DNA from: Eukaryota sp. GEM-RC1
Lineage: Eukaryota
Direction of reading: 5' to 3'
Length of the DNA: 64,000 nt
Assembly: GCA_040285855.1 (NCBI GenBank)
Contig: JAUFOQ010000006.1
Location: 434,001 to 498,000, forward strand
The notes beneath the pieces are model-generated. The model ran no database searches. It was given only the letters and a program-made list of their open reading frames with translations, and had not been told where the DNA came from. Position 1 is the first letter of the stretch; each line of letters starts with the position of its first letter. Below, piece by piece: positions 44,867 through 57,122 of the stretch. The position numbers were made by a program, and so were the translations under genes.

Positions 44867-46463
44867 TAGGAATGTTAAATAGTTCAGTTCAGTTCAGTTC
44901 AGTTCAAAAAAAGCGTGAACTGAACTGAACTAGTTCATTGACTACCATGAACTGAACTGAACTGAACTATATGAACTGAAGCACATATATTATTGTTTCC
45001 ACAATAATGTGCCTAAGATCAAGTCAACAGGTCGTCAACAAGTACATGTAGTACTCAATAGTTGTAAAATTTAGTAAAACTTTTTGAAAAGCATATTCTA
45101 ATTAGTGCTGGTCTTACACTTCAGGAAACATTTAGTCTCACTGCAGAATTAGTCTCAGTACAAAATCAGTCTCATTGAGACTAATTTTGTCTTACTTATA
45201 TTGAAAAGTGCTCTAGTGAGACTATATTTGTCCTGCAATTTCCAAATACAACAACTATTTTTTGAATTAAACTGTTCGTTACAGTCCATAGACATACAGC
45301 ACTGATAACAAACAGCTGGAATGAATTACCTCTGTATGTTTAAATTGTATACAATTGAATCTAGATCTCATATTATTCTATTTGTGATCAGGAATACACG
45401 TTTTCAGTAGCATTGACTTCCCACACAATTCCAAAGTCTTTAAAACGAGTTCTAATCCATGTTTAATCTGCTGTTCATCAAGAAAAAAGAGTGCTATCAT
45501 AATTTGAGAGTGACTAATTGATTGGAGCCTAGATGATGACGATCATTTGTATGTTCGTGAGCAAATCTGAGTAATGAAGTCTAATTTAACACTTCAACAA
45601 TTGTGCAAAATTAATCTCAGTACATAATTAGTCTCAGTACAAAAATAGTCTCAGTACAAAATTAGTCTCACTGAGATTTGGTGAGACTAATTTTGGGATG
45701 GCTAATAAAAATCTCGAGTACAGAATTAGTCTCAGTGAGACTAAATGTTTCCTGAAGTGTAGGTACCATGATGTGGAGATAAGTGAATCTATAAATGATA
45801 CAAATGAGGCTAATACGCCATTACACTAACATTAGACATCAGTAATTAACCACGAGTGCAAGCTAAACTGAATCATCACTTAATTGGGGTCTTTTTTTAC
45901 ATTCAATCAGTCCTGCAAGTGAAAACAAACGCTCAGACGCAACACTACTGGCTCGAATTGTTTCATCTCTCCAAATGAGTGTTAACAATCTAGGGTAGGC
46001 GGTGTGATTTAGGGTCCAATAGTGTAAAGAACTGGATGAAACGTCACAAGTAGCTTCTGTGATATACTTGTTAAACTCCACAAACACTTGCTTTCGACGA
46101 CCTTCTTCTTCCGCTTCTTCTTCCGCTTTCGGTTCTTTGCTGTAAATTTACCATTAAGAAAGATAAATTTACCTAAGAAAAAGGTAAATTTGATCTTTAA
46201 ACACTTGCGTTCTTACGATGCTTTAAGTTGACCATTTCATAACACTACTTGGATACTTCATTCTGCGTTCCTTATATGTGGTGGAAAAGTACATTTATGT
46301 AGTAATAAAAATGGAATATGATGTAAGTTCATTTAGTTCAGTTCAGTTCATGGAGGTGTGAACTGAACTGAACTAGTTCACAGAGATGAGTGAACTGAAC
46401 TAGTTCATGAACTGAACTGAACTAGTTCACGGCTGAACTGAACTGAACTAATTAACATTCCTA
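44867..46463 (-). mobile_element. Non-autonomous hAT element with a dimerization-domain relic
   Basis: TIRs TAGGAATGTTAA.TAGTTCAGTTCAG / CTGAACTGAACTAATTAACATTCCTA, 8-bp TSD ATCTACAG, subterminal (GAACT)n. ORF 45863-46087 has YW..YPRL..ASSVASERLFS. Confidence 0.93.
45117..45759. mobile_element. CAC-terminal MITE (EnSpm/CMC-like or Tc1/mariner) nested in the hAT element
   Basis: Perfect 27-bp TIR CACTTCAGGAAACATTTAGTCTCACTG, flanking TA on both sides, many subterminal TAGTCTCA/TGAGACTA repeats. Confidence 0.85.
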
Positions 46464-46569
46464 ATCTACAGTGTAGATGCACCCCAAATGAATTCAACAC
46501 TGGTGTTCTGCGATGTGTCTCTTTTTGACCTATAACCCCAACTTTCTTATCTAATAGTTTCCTTCCATC

Positions 46570-46896
46570 ATGCGTCTTCTTATTGGTCTTCTGTGCCTTA
46601 TTCTACTCTCCCATTGTTCTGTGTATCAAGTGCAGGTACACAATCGTTCCATGTTTCCCTTGAATTACAAGCAATACACAACTACAGGAAGTTGGGAGAA
46701 TCGTCCTGCTAAAACGATCTATCCCATGACGTGGTCCAACGCAGCCAGTACAGGAACCTTTTCTTCCCTAACATATATCGGAAATTTAAAGACAGCATCT
46801 GTCCAGTTTGGTCGCGATGGCGTCAAGTGTGATGGATGTGGATGCTCGGTTACCACGGTTTCTTCTACCTTTTGGAAGGTATATTTCTCTTGTTAG
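46570..46896 (+). CDS. Small secreted Cys-containing protein, family copy 1
   Basis: Signal-peptide-like MRLLIGLLCLILLSHC, then VYQVQVHNRS..GSWENRPAKTIYPMTWSNAASTG..QFGRDGVKCDGCGC. Confidence 0.85.
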   Translation: MRLLIGLLCLILLSHCSVYQVQVHNRSMFPLNYKQYTTTGSWENRPAKTIYPMTWSNAASTGTFSSLTYIGNLKTASVQFGRDGVKCDGCGCSVTTVSSTFWKVYFSC

Positions 46897-47276
46897 TTTA
46901 GTTTCATACAATTTGTCTTTCCTTGTTTCCAATCTTGGGTGTGTTTCCAGTCTTGTTTCCAGTCTTGAGTGTAAGACTGGAGACTAAGTATGCTGACGTG
47001 TGCATAGTTGCTCTTTACTGAAGACTTCTAGCCTTCTGTAGTGATGGCATACGATGCATTTAAGGATTTAGGAGCATTCTACATCAATCTAGAATAGTGA
47101 ATTTCCATTAGATCTGAATTACTCAGAATTCGTTTAATAATATTATCCAGTATAAACTGACAGTTATCGATATGTTTAACCCATTTTCTAGTCTGAATTT
47201 CAGACAAAGTTTTGAGACAAAGTTGTATTTTACAAAAATACAAAAATACACAAAAGTGTATATTTTGCAGCTATGG

Positions 47277-48521
47277 CAGCAACGACAAACAATATATTGT
47301 ATTGTTACAATACAATATATTGTGATATTGTTATTTTATTGTATTGTGTTTTTGCAACAATAAATTAATTGTTCGAGTCCACAATAAACAATATATATAA
47401 GAGTTTATTTGCAACAATAAATTAATACATACTAATTCAGAAAATGAAAGAAGTTAAATTCTCCACATCAACACGAGAATTGTCCCTATACAACTTCGAA
47501 TAAATGGAACATAGATATTTGGGAATGCTTCTATAAAGAGCGAACATAATTCGATTGATCCATACAGCGCTATTAAACACCTTGCCATTAGAACGACATA
47601 AAAGACTAAAATCACTGAAAAACTTTAAACCGGCTGGACCAATATTACCAAAAATTGAAATGGCAAATGGAACAAATGAAAACTTAGAATATAGATTTTC
47701 ATTAAGCTTCTGCAAAGCATCCGCATAATTTGAACACTTTCGCTGTTCAGCTTTTTCCAGATGACCATTCGAATCATTCAATATGGAGTCTTGGTAGACC
47801 TTTGCAAACGGGTCAACTGTAGTAAAATCAACCACAACTTGAGATGAATCCAGGAAAGGAGCAATTAAGTCACCACGCCGAGAATCAAACACGTTAAATA
47901 TACAATATATTGTACAATAACACAATACAATATTTGTCATTTTGTGCAACTATAACAAGAATCACAAATCTGACAACGTCACTGTTCTTCACATTACAAC
48001 CAAACTATTGGAAGATGTGCAACCCCCTGTTCATTAGGAATCCTCTGATGAACGAACCTGTAGAAATTTCTATTACCCAAAATTCTGATGATATGTCTTC
48101 TGAGCAAGAATTAAAGGAAATTTACAGAGCTCAGACTCTTTAGAACCAGACAGCACAAATGATCTATTATTCACACTCTCGTCCAGTTAAGACATTGACA
48201 ACTTTTTCAGTAGAACATAGAACACGCTCACTGATCGTCCGAAACGAATTTAATGTCGCGAAGTCAATTGTACACTACTACCAGAAATCAGCATACAGTG
48301 TCGTTTGCTAGGACTCGGGAAGCAGAAAGTGAAGTTGTAGGTGTAAAAAGCAATTATTCAGATTGATGATAGCTGTCAATAAAGCAGAAATATTGTATTG
48401 TTATTTTCTGTTTTTTCTCACAATATACCTACAATACAATACAATATTTGATTGAACAATATATTTATTGTTCGATCAAACAATAAACAATACAATAAAT
48501 ATATATTTTTTGTCGTTGCTG
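47277..48521. mobile_element. hAT-type MITE containing a non-LTR RLE fragment
   Basis: TIRs CAGCAACGACAAA / TTTGTCGTTGCTG, 8-bp TSD AGCTATGG, subterminal ACAATA/TATTGT repeats. Confidence 0.9.
47400..47895 (-). mobile_element. 3' end (RLE endonuclease domain) of a CRE-like non-LTR retrotransposon, family R2
   Basis: RRGDLIAPF..VVVDFTTVDP..AEQRKCSNY..FVPFAISIFGNIG. Related pieces at ~38313-38367 and ~58187-58308. Confidence 0.8.
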
Positions 48522-48925
48522 AGCTATGGTCTGAAATCATCACTGACCAAACTCCAAGTCGTTGTCTTCTTAATTTGTTTTCATGAACAGTATTTGGTCC
48601 AACTTGTATTGTCATCTGGGAATATCTTAACAGAGTTGAACCCAGATAAGTGATGGGCAAAACCATAATAGACTATCATTAATAGCAAATGTGGCTTCTT
48701 ATTTGGTTTTGCGTAGATTCGTGTATTTCGGATTGCCAATCTAATTGAAGCACGATCAAATATCTCAAATTGTACGTCAATTTTGCACCTGTTACTATAG
48801 ATGGAAGTACAGGTTAACGGTATAATAAATCACAGCAACTGAAACTCAGTTAATGTATTTCGTAGGTAATGACAATCATTGTGTTCCAAAAGATCAAGAG
48901 TGAGTTTCACGTATTTTCTTCCATC

Positions 48926-49255
48926 ATGAGTCTTCTTCTGTGTCTATTGTGCCTTCTTGTACTCTCCCAATGTACTGTGTATCAAGTGCAGCTACACAAC
49001 CGGTCAATTTATCCCCTGAACTACAAAAATTTCGAGACGATAGATGGCAGCTGGGAAACACGCCCACCAAAACAAATTCCATCTATGACGTGGTCCAATG
49101 CAGCCAGCACAGGAACTTATTCTTCCCTAACGTATGTCGGAAATCAGAGGACAGCAGTTGTCCAGTTTGGAGATCATGGCGTTGCTTGTGATGGATGTGG
49201 TTGTACCATTGTGCCTGTTTCAACAACCTCTTGGAAGTTTTACTTATCTTGTTAA
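48926..49255 (+). CDS. Small secreted protein, family copy 2
   Basis: MSLLLCLLCLLVLSQCTVYQVQLHNRS..GSWETRPPKQIPSMTWSNAASTG..CDGCGC. Confidence 0.85.
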   Translation: MSLLLCLLCLLVLSQCTVYQVQLHNRSIYPLNYKNFETIDGSWETRPPKQIPSMTWSNAASTGTYSSLTYVGNQRTAVVQFGDHGVACDGCGCTIVPVSTTSWKFYLSC

Positions 49256-49275
49256 TTTAGTGTTACATAAACATA

Positions 49276-49333
49276 CAGTCTACCCTCCCAATAAGACCGG
49301 TACGATACGTGGTCATATTGGGAGGGTAGACTG
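49276..49333. mobile_element. 58-bp TIR-only mini element related to 42647-43544
   Basis: CAGTCTACCCTCCCAATAAGACC ... GGTCATATTGGGAGGGTAGACTG (22/23 inverted match), preceded by TA. Confidence 0.75.
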
Positions 49334-49575
49334 CAGTATTTCATTCTCTATTTTTTTCTTCATTTGAACAAACGTGGTCCAAGATGATTGGCAATGATTA
49401 TGAACTTCTGGAATCAACTTAGCTTTACATTGACTTAAGATAACGATTCGATAAAAATGGTTTTGTTCGAGGGTTGACAACAAATGTTCATCGATCTACG
49501 TACTTCAACTAATCTGGTAAACACTGGTCACTCACACTATTCAAATAAAACATACGTTTTTTATTACTATCTAAT

Positions 49576-50417
49576 TTAATTAAAACTTAGTCCAATTGCT
49601 CCCCTTTTAGCTCCAACGACGATCAACAAGTAATGAAGGAAAGCTGCTAATAGTACAAATACATGGAAAACTTCATGTGACATAAAGAATCCGTAAACGA
49701 TACAAAACTGTCGTTCCAGAAAGGTATCAATGATCCCCCCAGTTAAATAAACAATACCTCCTCCCATTAAAAGAAGTAGTGGTAGAATCGGTCTTGTTCC
49801 AGACATTATCATCATTCCAGAGAGAAGACCAGTACCTCCAACACCTATGGTTAACAACAACTAGAACAACATACCTACATAGAAACCTAACACATGTGAA
49901 GCAGACATGGACTTGAAATAGAAGGTTTTCAACAATATACTAGCTAAACCAATGGCCCATAAGATAATTATAGGAATCCATCGTGAAAAGAAGTGAAAAA
50001 TACACCGTGAATTCCAGTGATGGTACCAGCAATTTGACAGAATATAGCTGCATGATCTACTTGTTTGAGAAACAATCTGGTAGCTGTGAAGGGTTTTGCC
50101 ATGTGATATAGACCTGAACAAACCAAGCAAAAGATCAAACAGGTAGAATAAACAGCCACACAGATATGTGCTTGATTAAAAGGTAGAGGTATACAATTGA
50201 ACAATTGCCAAGAAAGCGGAATGAATACTAAGGCACCTAATAGATGTGACCAGGACGAAAAGGGTTCAGCAAAGAATGACAGAGGTTTTATTGGAAAAGT
50301 CAAATTGGACGGTGTTGCATGAAGAATTGTAGACTGTAGATTAGAGGTGTGGTCTTCAAGCTTGGGAGAATTACGAGGAGCTGATGCTGGTGAAACAGAC
50401 TCGGACCGAGTACACAT
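49576..50417 (-). CDS. Hemolysin III / PAQR-family membrane protein (frameshifts)
   Basis: EPFSSWSHLLGA, SGLYH, DHAAIFCQIAGT, GGIVYLTG, HEVFHVFVLLAAFLHY. Confidence 0.88.
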
Positions 50418-50675
50418 CAGTGATGCGGAGGCAAAAAGATACCCGGAAAATCCTTCTAATACGTGACGATACCGATGCTGCATTGATAGAATGGACTGAC
50501 ATTTGAACCATCAAAAGGTAATAGAGAGATGTGGAGACGGCGCTAAATGATTAGGAGTGGTTGGTAGATACTTGTACACTTGAATATCGCAACCATGATC
50601 TAAGACGGGGCTCTGTACGAAGGAACATGAATCAATTTCTTAATGAAAGTGATTTCTTTTGAGTCAACATTGAAG

Positions 50676-53018
50676 TAGAGTGAGCAAACACGCGGTGTTA
50701 AGAATTTTGACAGCGTGTCAACACGCACTAACACGTGTCAACACGTGTTGACACGCTCAACACGTACATTTTCTTCTTTCTACCACTCTTTTCTCATTAC
50801 ACCATGACCCTCCCTAAAGAATGGGATGACCTTCTTTATATCGATACAAACAATCCACCAGCAACTGCTTCCAATTACCGTTTCGTTTGTCGAAGTTGCC
50901 GAAATTCTTGGTCAGGTAACTTTTATCGATCAGCAGGTCATTATCTACAAGAGTGTTCTGGTCGTGGAGTAGGCCTGTGTCCTCATACAGAACGCAATGC
51001 TGCTTTAATTGTGAATCTCCGATCCTACGTACGTACCAAGACTCCTAAACGTCTTCGCCGAAGCTCCTCTGACGCACCAGTCAAACAAGCTGCTCCTTCT
51101 GACAATGTTTCTATTGTAGAGGCGTTCCAGTCCAACAAGAGAACACTTGCTGATGAAACTTTAACCAAGTTCTTCTGTTGCAGTAATGTTGCTTTTAATA
51201 CTGTAGATTCTAGTCTGTTCGCGGAATTTGTATCACTTGTTGGACAAATTGGCACAAGTTACTCCGTTCCAGCTTCCTCCACTATGAGAAACACGCTTAT
51301 GCCTAATGTATATTCAGAAGAAAAGGAAAATGTTGACTACGACATCAAAAAAAATTTAAATGGTTGGACTCTTACCACTGACGGTTGGAGTGATGGTGAT
51401 CGATCACTCATCAATTTCATTTTGGTTTCTCCTAATGTAACTACTTTTTTTAGAGCTCTCGATGTATCTGACAAACCAAAGACTGGGGAATACATCGCAT
51501 TGTTAATTCAAGATGTCATTGCAGATATTGGAAAGGAAAAAATCATTCAAGTGGTAACTGATAGTGGATCCAATTTTGTGTCTGCTATGTCTAAAGTACA
51601 AGAAGTTTATCCCAAAATTTTTCATACACGATGTTTGTGTCATAGTCTTGATTTGGTTTTGGAATCAATGCACAAATATTTCAATCAATCATCGTATCCA
51701 GAAGTTTCAACATTTTTCGAACAAGTTCGTACAATTGTTACGTTTTTTACTGCCCACTCTAAGCCAAGAGCATTACTCAAAAATCATTCTCATCTGAAGA
51801 TTAGAAAATACCCAGAAACGAGATTTTACTACCGATTTTTAACATTGAAAAGAATAGTGCGAATTCGTGATGCTCTTGATAGTTTGATGGGTGATTTAAG
51901 TTATATCACATGGTGGAGAGCAATTGAAAGAGCTCAACAAAACGTCAATTTGAAACAGCAGGGCCGAACGATCAAGTTATTACTCGCAACTCCGGACTTT
52001 TGGGAGCTCGTTGATGAAGTCCTGTCAATTATGAATCCGATAGTAAAACTCCTTCAGCTCGCAGATTCAGATCTACCCATACTAGGAAAGGTCATAAGCT
52101 ATTTGGCAATAATTGATAGCAAATTGAACAATTTAGATCTCGTTCATATTGACGGAGTAACACATGGACGAACTATCATTTGTTTCCGATCAAAGATGTT
52201 GCGAAGTATTAATGAATTGCACAGGGCAGCATCCGTTCTAGAGCCAGAATTTCTGTTTCAGGGAATTTCACAGTCAGATCAAAATGTGCAAGCTCTTTTA
52301 GATGTGTCAAAGATGTACTTGGGTGCAGAAAACTCAAATGCCTCAGATGAATTAGGGAAGGTAGTAGGTAAAGCTGGATTGTTTGGAAGAACAGATGTTC
52401 AACAATCTGCGAGAAACATGCCTGCTCATCTTTGGTGGAGGACTTATGGCAATTCATGTCCAAGTCTTCAGAAAGTAGCAGTCAAAATTCTTGGGATGGT
52501 TTCGTCCAGTTCAAGCGCAGAAAGAAACTGGTCTGCTTATGGAAATGTCTTGACGGATAAGAGAAAAAACTTCACCAGTGCAAACTTGGAAAAGATCATC
52601 TTTATAAGATCCAATCAAAAGGATCGACATAGAGATGAGGCAAAGGCGTTTATTAGATGGGATATGTTCAATGAAAATTTGTCAGAAAACGAAGTAGAGC
52701 CTCTTGACGAAGATGAGATTGAGAACTCAGGTGTACAGAACATCGGTGAAGAACATGTTATAAATGTAGATTAGTAAGCTTACCACCATTGTTTTGGTCA
52801 CTTTTCTCTGGTGGTGTACATTAATGTGACAATAAAGAATTTTATATTATTGTGTTTACACGACAATGACACTCTGAGACTTATCAAAAGAAAAAGAGGA
52901 ACACTCAAGCACAACGTGTTGAAAATGTCCTTAACGGTGTTAAGGATTTTGACAGCGTGTCAACACGCACTAACACGTGTTGACACGTGTTAGTGTTAAC
53001 ACGTGTTTGCTCACTCTG
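50676..53018 (+). mobile_element. Apparently intact autonomous hAT DNA transposon
   Basis: TIRs TAGAGTGAGCAAACACG / CGTGTTTGCTCACTCTG, 8-bp TSD CATTGAAG, subterminal ACACGTGT repeats, one long ORF. Confidence 0.96.
50804..52774 (+). CDS. hAT transposase (BED-like finger, DUF659-type core, dimerization domain)
   Basis: CRSC..HY, TTDGWSD, VVTDSGSN, CLCHSLDL, ETRF, WW..YG..LQKVA..SSSSAERNWS. Confidence 0.95.
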   Translation: MTLPKEWDDLLYIDTNNPPATASNYRFVCRSCRNSWSGNFYRSAGHYLQECSGRGVGLCPHTERNAALIVNLRSYVRTKTPKRLRRSSSDAPVKQAAPSDNVSIVEAFQSNKRTLADETLTKFFCCSNVAFNTVDSSLFAEFVSLVGQIGTSYSVPASSTMRNTLMPNVYSEEKENVDYDIKKNLNGWTLTTDGWSDGDRSLINFILVSPNVTTFFRALDVSDKPKTGEYIALLIQDVIADIGKEKIIQVVTDSGSNFVSAMSKVQEVYPKIFHTRCLCHSLDLVLESMHKYFNQSSYPEVSTFFEQVRTIVTFFTAHSKPRALLKNHSHLKIRKYPETRFYYRFLTLKRIVRIRDALDSLMGDLSYITWWRAIERAQQNVNLKQQGRTIKLLLATPDFWELVDEVLSIMNPIVKLLQLADSDLPILGKVISYLAIIDSKLNNLDLVHIDGVTHGRTIICFRSKMLRSINELHRAASVLEPEFLFQGISQSDQNVQALLDVSKMYLGAENSNASDELGKVVGKAGLFGRTDVQQSARNMPAHLWWRTYGNSCPSLQKVAVKILGMVSSSSSAERNWSAYGNVLTDKRKNFTSANLEKIIFIRSNQKDRHRDEAKAFIRWDMFNENLSENEVEPLDEDEIENSGVQNIGEEHVINVD

Positions 53019-53035
53019 CATTGAAGTCATTGGTC

Positions 53036-53319
53036 ATGCGTCTCCTTCTTGTTCTTTCTTTCTTGTTGGTTCTATCACATTGTACTCTGTATCAAGTTCA
53101 GGTTCATAATCGTTCTATGTATGTGATGAATTACAAAATGTACTCAACTGTTGGAAGGTGGGACAATCCACCAGCTCGAAAACTGTATCCAATGACATGG
53201 TCTAATGCTGCCAGTACTGGTGATTGGTCATCTGTGACGTATCGGGCCAATCGAAACTCCGCATCGGTTCAGTTTGGACGTGACGGAATCAAGTGTGAAG
53301 TGTGTATTTCTCTTGTTAA
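53036..53319 (+). pseudogene. Small secreted protein, family copy 3 (internal deletion near the C-terminus)
   Basis: MRLLLVLSFLLVLSHCTLYQVQVHNRS..WDNPPARKLYPMTWSNAASTG..GIKCE, then an out-of-frame VYFSC* with the GCGC..WK segment missing. Confidence 0.75.
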
Positions 53320-54899
53320 TATACGATGTTTATGCATGTGTGCTTTGTGGTATTTAAAGACTGATGAAGACACTGTGTGTGGTACATTTAATTCAATTGT
53401 GTTGCTGAAGCACAGAGACCGGCATAAATATATTTCAATATGTTTTTCGTTCTCAAAAGCACAAAATACATAATTGTAATACATGTATATCAGTATTTAT
53501 TGTGGATGTATACAGTATTCTAGAATCCACTTTTGTTCTACGATACTGCAACGTGATTTACACTATATTCAAACGCAAACTTGCAGCGCACTTGTGAATC
53601 ACAAACACATGTGATCAAACTGTCCTGTTTTCTGTCACCACACCCCTTGTCATTCAAATGTGATTGTAACTTAAGTGAATTCCTCAATAAAGCACCAATC
53701 TAAACCAGTAGTAGATTCTTTAACTCTCTGACTGATATTAGAAAAATTGATTCGTCTTTTGACAATGTCCTCATCATTTTCTTTTGTGTTCTATGACCAT
53801 TTTATATAAAGAATGGACTGAAGTACCACCCGTTGTATCTTTTTGATTGCTGTATTATACCGGAAAAACTTAAAATAGAATTCGTACAATAATTCTGAAA
53901 TACTAAAGTGTGACTGATCTCTTTGCAAATCTTGTAGGGTTTGAACAGCTGCTTAATGATTCAGTGGGAACATTTTAGCACGATACTTAATTCAACTAAA
54001 GCAATTGCTTTGGCAGTCCCCATCACTGATATGCCGTTAGTAAAGATCTATATCCACAGTTGAATCAAATAGCTCACTGTAGAGCTATAATAATCAAAAA
54101 CAATTATAATGATTATTAAAAAAATAATGATTCAGTCATACTGAATTACCATCTACAACCGAAAGAAACCCGTCATCATTTGTTTTCAGTCGCCAACGGA
54201 CGGGTAAGCCATCACGAACGACCCGAAGCAAATATGGCAGAACACAATAATATGGTCTCAGTACAGTTAAATGGATCGTGCCCGGTAAAAAAGAACTATT
54301 GTTATCAAAGCTACAAAAATTGTAGATTCTAAAAGTACATAAACATTGTACAATGTACTTACTTCGTTTCAGTTTTGTGATAACAAATTGTGGTTGCGAG
54401 CATACGATCACACTGACAAAAGTAGTGTGATCCGCAAGAATGGTTCATACCTCAAAAAATTGGAACTACTATTATTGAATCTTAAAAACCAGTACATGTA
54501 CTGCTATTACGATAAATATTATAAGGAACGTTGGTATTTTACAGTGTTGTTTGGCATGAAGAGATTGACCGCTTGTATTTCTCTTGTATGTTCAATTTCG
54601 CTCATTGAGCCCATAACAGCATACTTCAAGTAAAAATGGATAGAAACCAAATACTGCTGTTGTAGTACCAATATTGTTGTTGACAGTATAACGTTGAAAG
54701 TATTGTAAATTTTCTATCTAAACTTCTGGTACTTGCATAGATGTTTTTGTTCATTTTATTGGTCTACTACACAGCAATAAATTGGACCAATTTCAATTTC
54801 AATTGTTGATTGGGGTTCAAAATTTTGTCGCAATAGTATTGCAATCTCAATTGTTCCCAGTGTTTGACTCCAGAGATAATAACAAAAAACCATTGATGT

Positions 54900-55190
54900 C
54901 CAAAACAAGTAAAACACGTTGAATATGAATTACTCCCTTTTGATCTATCAATTTACGGCCGCATAGAAAAGGTGCATTGAATTTTCTAAAGGCTTTCGGG
55001 AAAAATCGTAAAAAACAGAATTAACAATCGCTTTGATAATCTAGCATGGTCGTATCGCATTTACTGTTTCTAAACAAATCTCGTTATAATCTCTAAAGTT
55101 GTACTAGTTGTGAGTTCCTTGTTTGAGGATATTGTTGTTGAAATATTTGACAATGATGGATGTTGTTTTAGTGATATCAAAATATAGTTT
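54900..55190 (+). mobile_element. Diverged 3' fragment of RLE-type non-LTR family R1
   Basis: YELLPFDLSIYGRI..GALNF; nucleotide similarity to 58480-58770. Confidence 0.6.
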
Positions 55191-56132
55191 TTCTTCTGAA
55201 AAGAACTTTGTTTATAAATAATATGTGAAAAAACATAAATTTAACAAATTTCTAACAATCTTATTGTCTCTAAAACCCAATGTTAATACGTGTATTTCAG
55301 ACACTCGTCTTATAGATTGAGGATTTGTCCCGAGGGGAGGGATCTTTTTTTAAACAATCTGAAATGACCTCTTTTCCTTGAATATTATACTCAGAACAGT
55401 CTAACGTGATTTAATATCTGCCACTATGTCGATACCTAATGCAGAATGGACAATATCCTAGTAACCTGTCGCGTAGCTACTCCTATGTCTGCTTTCTCTT
55501 GGCGGATCTACTTTTCTTGCTAAGTTTTCTATGTACATTCCAAGGTCATAAACATGGGCAGTATTTCATTGCCACGTCTTTGTTTTATGAGTGTTTAGTT
55601 TTACACCTTCAACGGTATTTTCGGATAGTTGTGTTTTTGCACTTGTTTTTCGATCGATCAGTTCCAACCATTCGTCTTTCAGCAAACATTAGCAATTCCT
55701 CAGCAAACGATAAGCAATGTTAATGTCACGGTAATCAATAAGACATTGTTATTGTGAACAATAAATGTGTTTATATATGTATCTATTGTACTAGTACGTG
55801 TTCCAGTTATAAAAGTGTTTGTCGGTATTTATCTCAAAAAAACTGGACTGTACTTCAATAATGAGTATACTTGAAACTTTTCCACATTTAGGAAATGTGT
55901 TGTTGGCGTAGTCTATTCCCATACGTTCTCTTGGTCACATATGTTATCATTGTTTAAAAATTAAAAAAAAGAGCTCTGTGATTACTTACTGATAGTCATT
56001 AATAATTCCGATGAGAAAGTGATTGTTATACAAGATGATACTCAGTTGTTGGCATCTGTTTTAGCTCCTAATGGGCACAAAAAGATCTAAATGTCAAATG
56101 AAAGCTTTGTGACCACGGACTATTAAATATTG

Positions 56133-57122
56133 GGGTCAAGGACTCATATACCCCCATGATCACCCAAGTGGTACTGACCTACCCCCAGTCACCAAAATGG
56201 TATTGACCTACCCCTGTTCTCTTTCCTTCACTCCAAAAATGAACTTACATAGCCTTAAACCACCTATAACCAGTATTTTATAAAGATCTACAATAAACAC
56301 TGTTCTTCATCGCTGTCTTCCTCTGAAGAAGAACCACTATCTCCACTCCACTCAGTGTCTTCACTATCTACATCACATTCTTCTATTTCGACTCGAACAA
56401 CGTTGAAATCGTCCAAATCTGTTTGTCCCATATTCTGACTCAACTTGACTCTTTTCTTTTCTGGCTTTCACCTGGTTTGTAACGGCGGATTCGCGGTCTA
56501 CCTCTCCCTGTTTTGACTTCTGGTGGAAGAATCGTAACACTTGCCAGAGTAATTGAAAGGTCTATCGGAAGTATTCCTTCTCCATACGTACGTTTGTAGT
56601 TTTCGCTGTAGTAGTAGCTATCAACTCCTGATGCGATGTTGCGTTTCAACTTCAAAAGAGCGGCAATTCCGTGACTACATGGATAACCTGTCAGTTGAAT
56701 ATAGGAAAGAGAGGCCAAGTACTTAGAAGAAGGAGGTGGTGGAGTATATGTTGTCTCGTCTTCAAGCTGACAATTGTGATCTTTTAGAGCTGTCACTTTA
56801 TACAGGGTTTCTGGTGGGGATTTCGCAGGTCGAGATGCACGACAAACATATTCACATTGCTTGTTTGTACAAACTGCTTTGATCTGTTTGTGTTCAGACT
56901 TTTTAAAGATGTAGTATCGGCAGCTTGCAATGTTATGTTGTCGAATAAGTTCTTTCAACACTAAGGGAGATAAGCGATTGCCGATCATGAGACCATGTTC
57001 ACTGCTGTTGTATGTAATGCTCACCGTCATTCTTTGTTGAAGGGGTAGATCAATACCAATTTTTATTCGAGGGGTATGTCAGTTCTAAATTTTTGTTGTG
57101 GGGGTATTTCAGTACTTTTCCC
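56133..57122 (-). mobile_element. Mutator-like element (MULE), internal deletion derivative
   Basis: 9-bp TSD TAAATATTG; GGG.../...CCC termini with TACCCC/GGGGTA repeats. ORF 56440-57030 has the MuDR DNA-binding motif (C..C..RAS..HNC), a partial SWIM (GYPCSH) and LPP..GRPR, but no DDE core. Confidence 0.88.
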
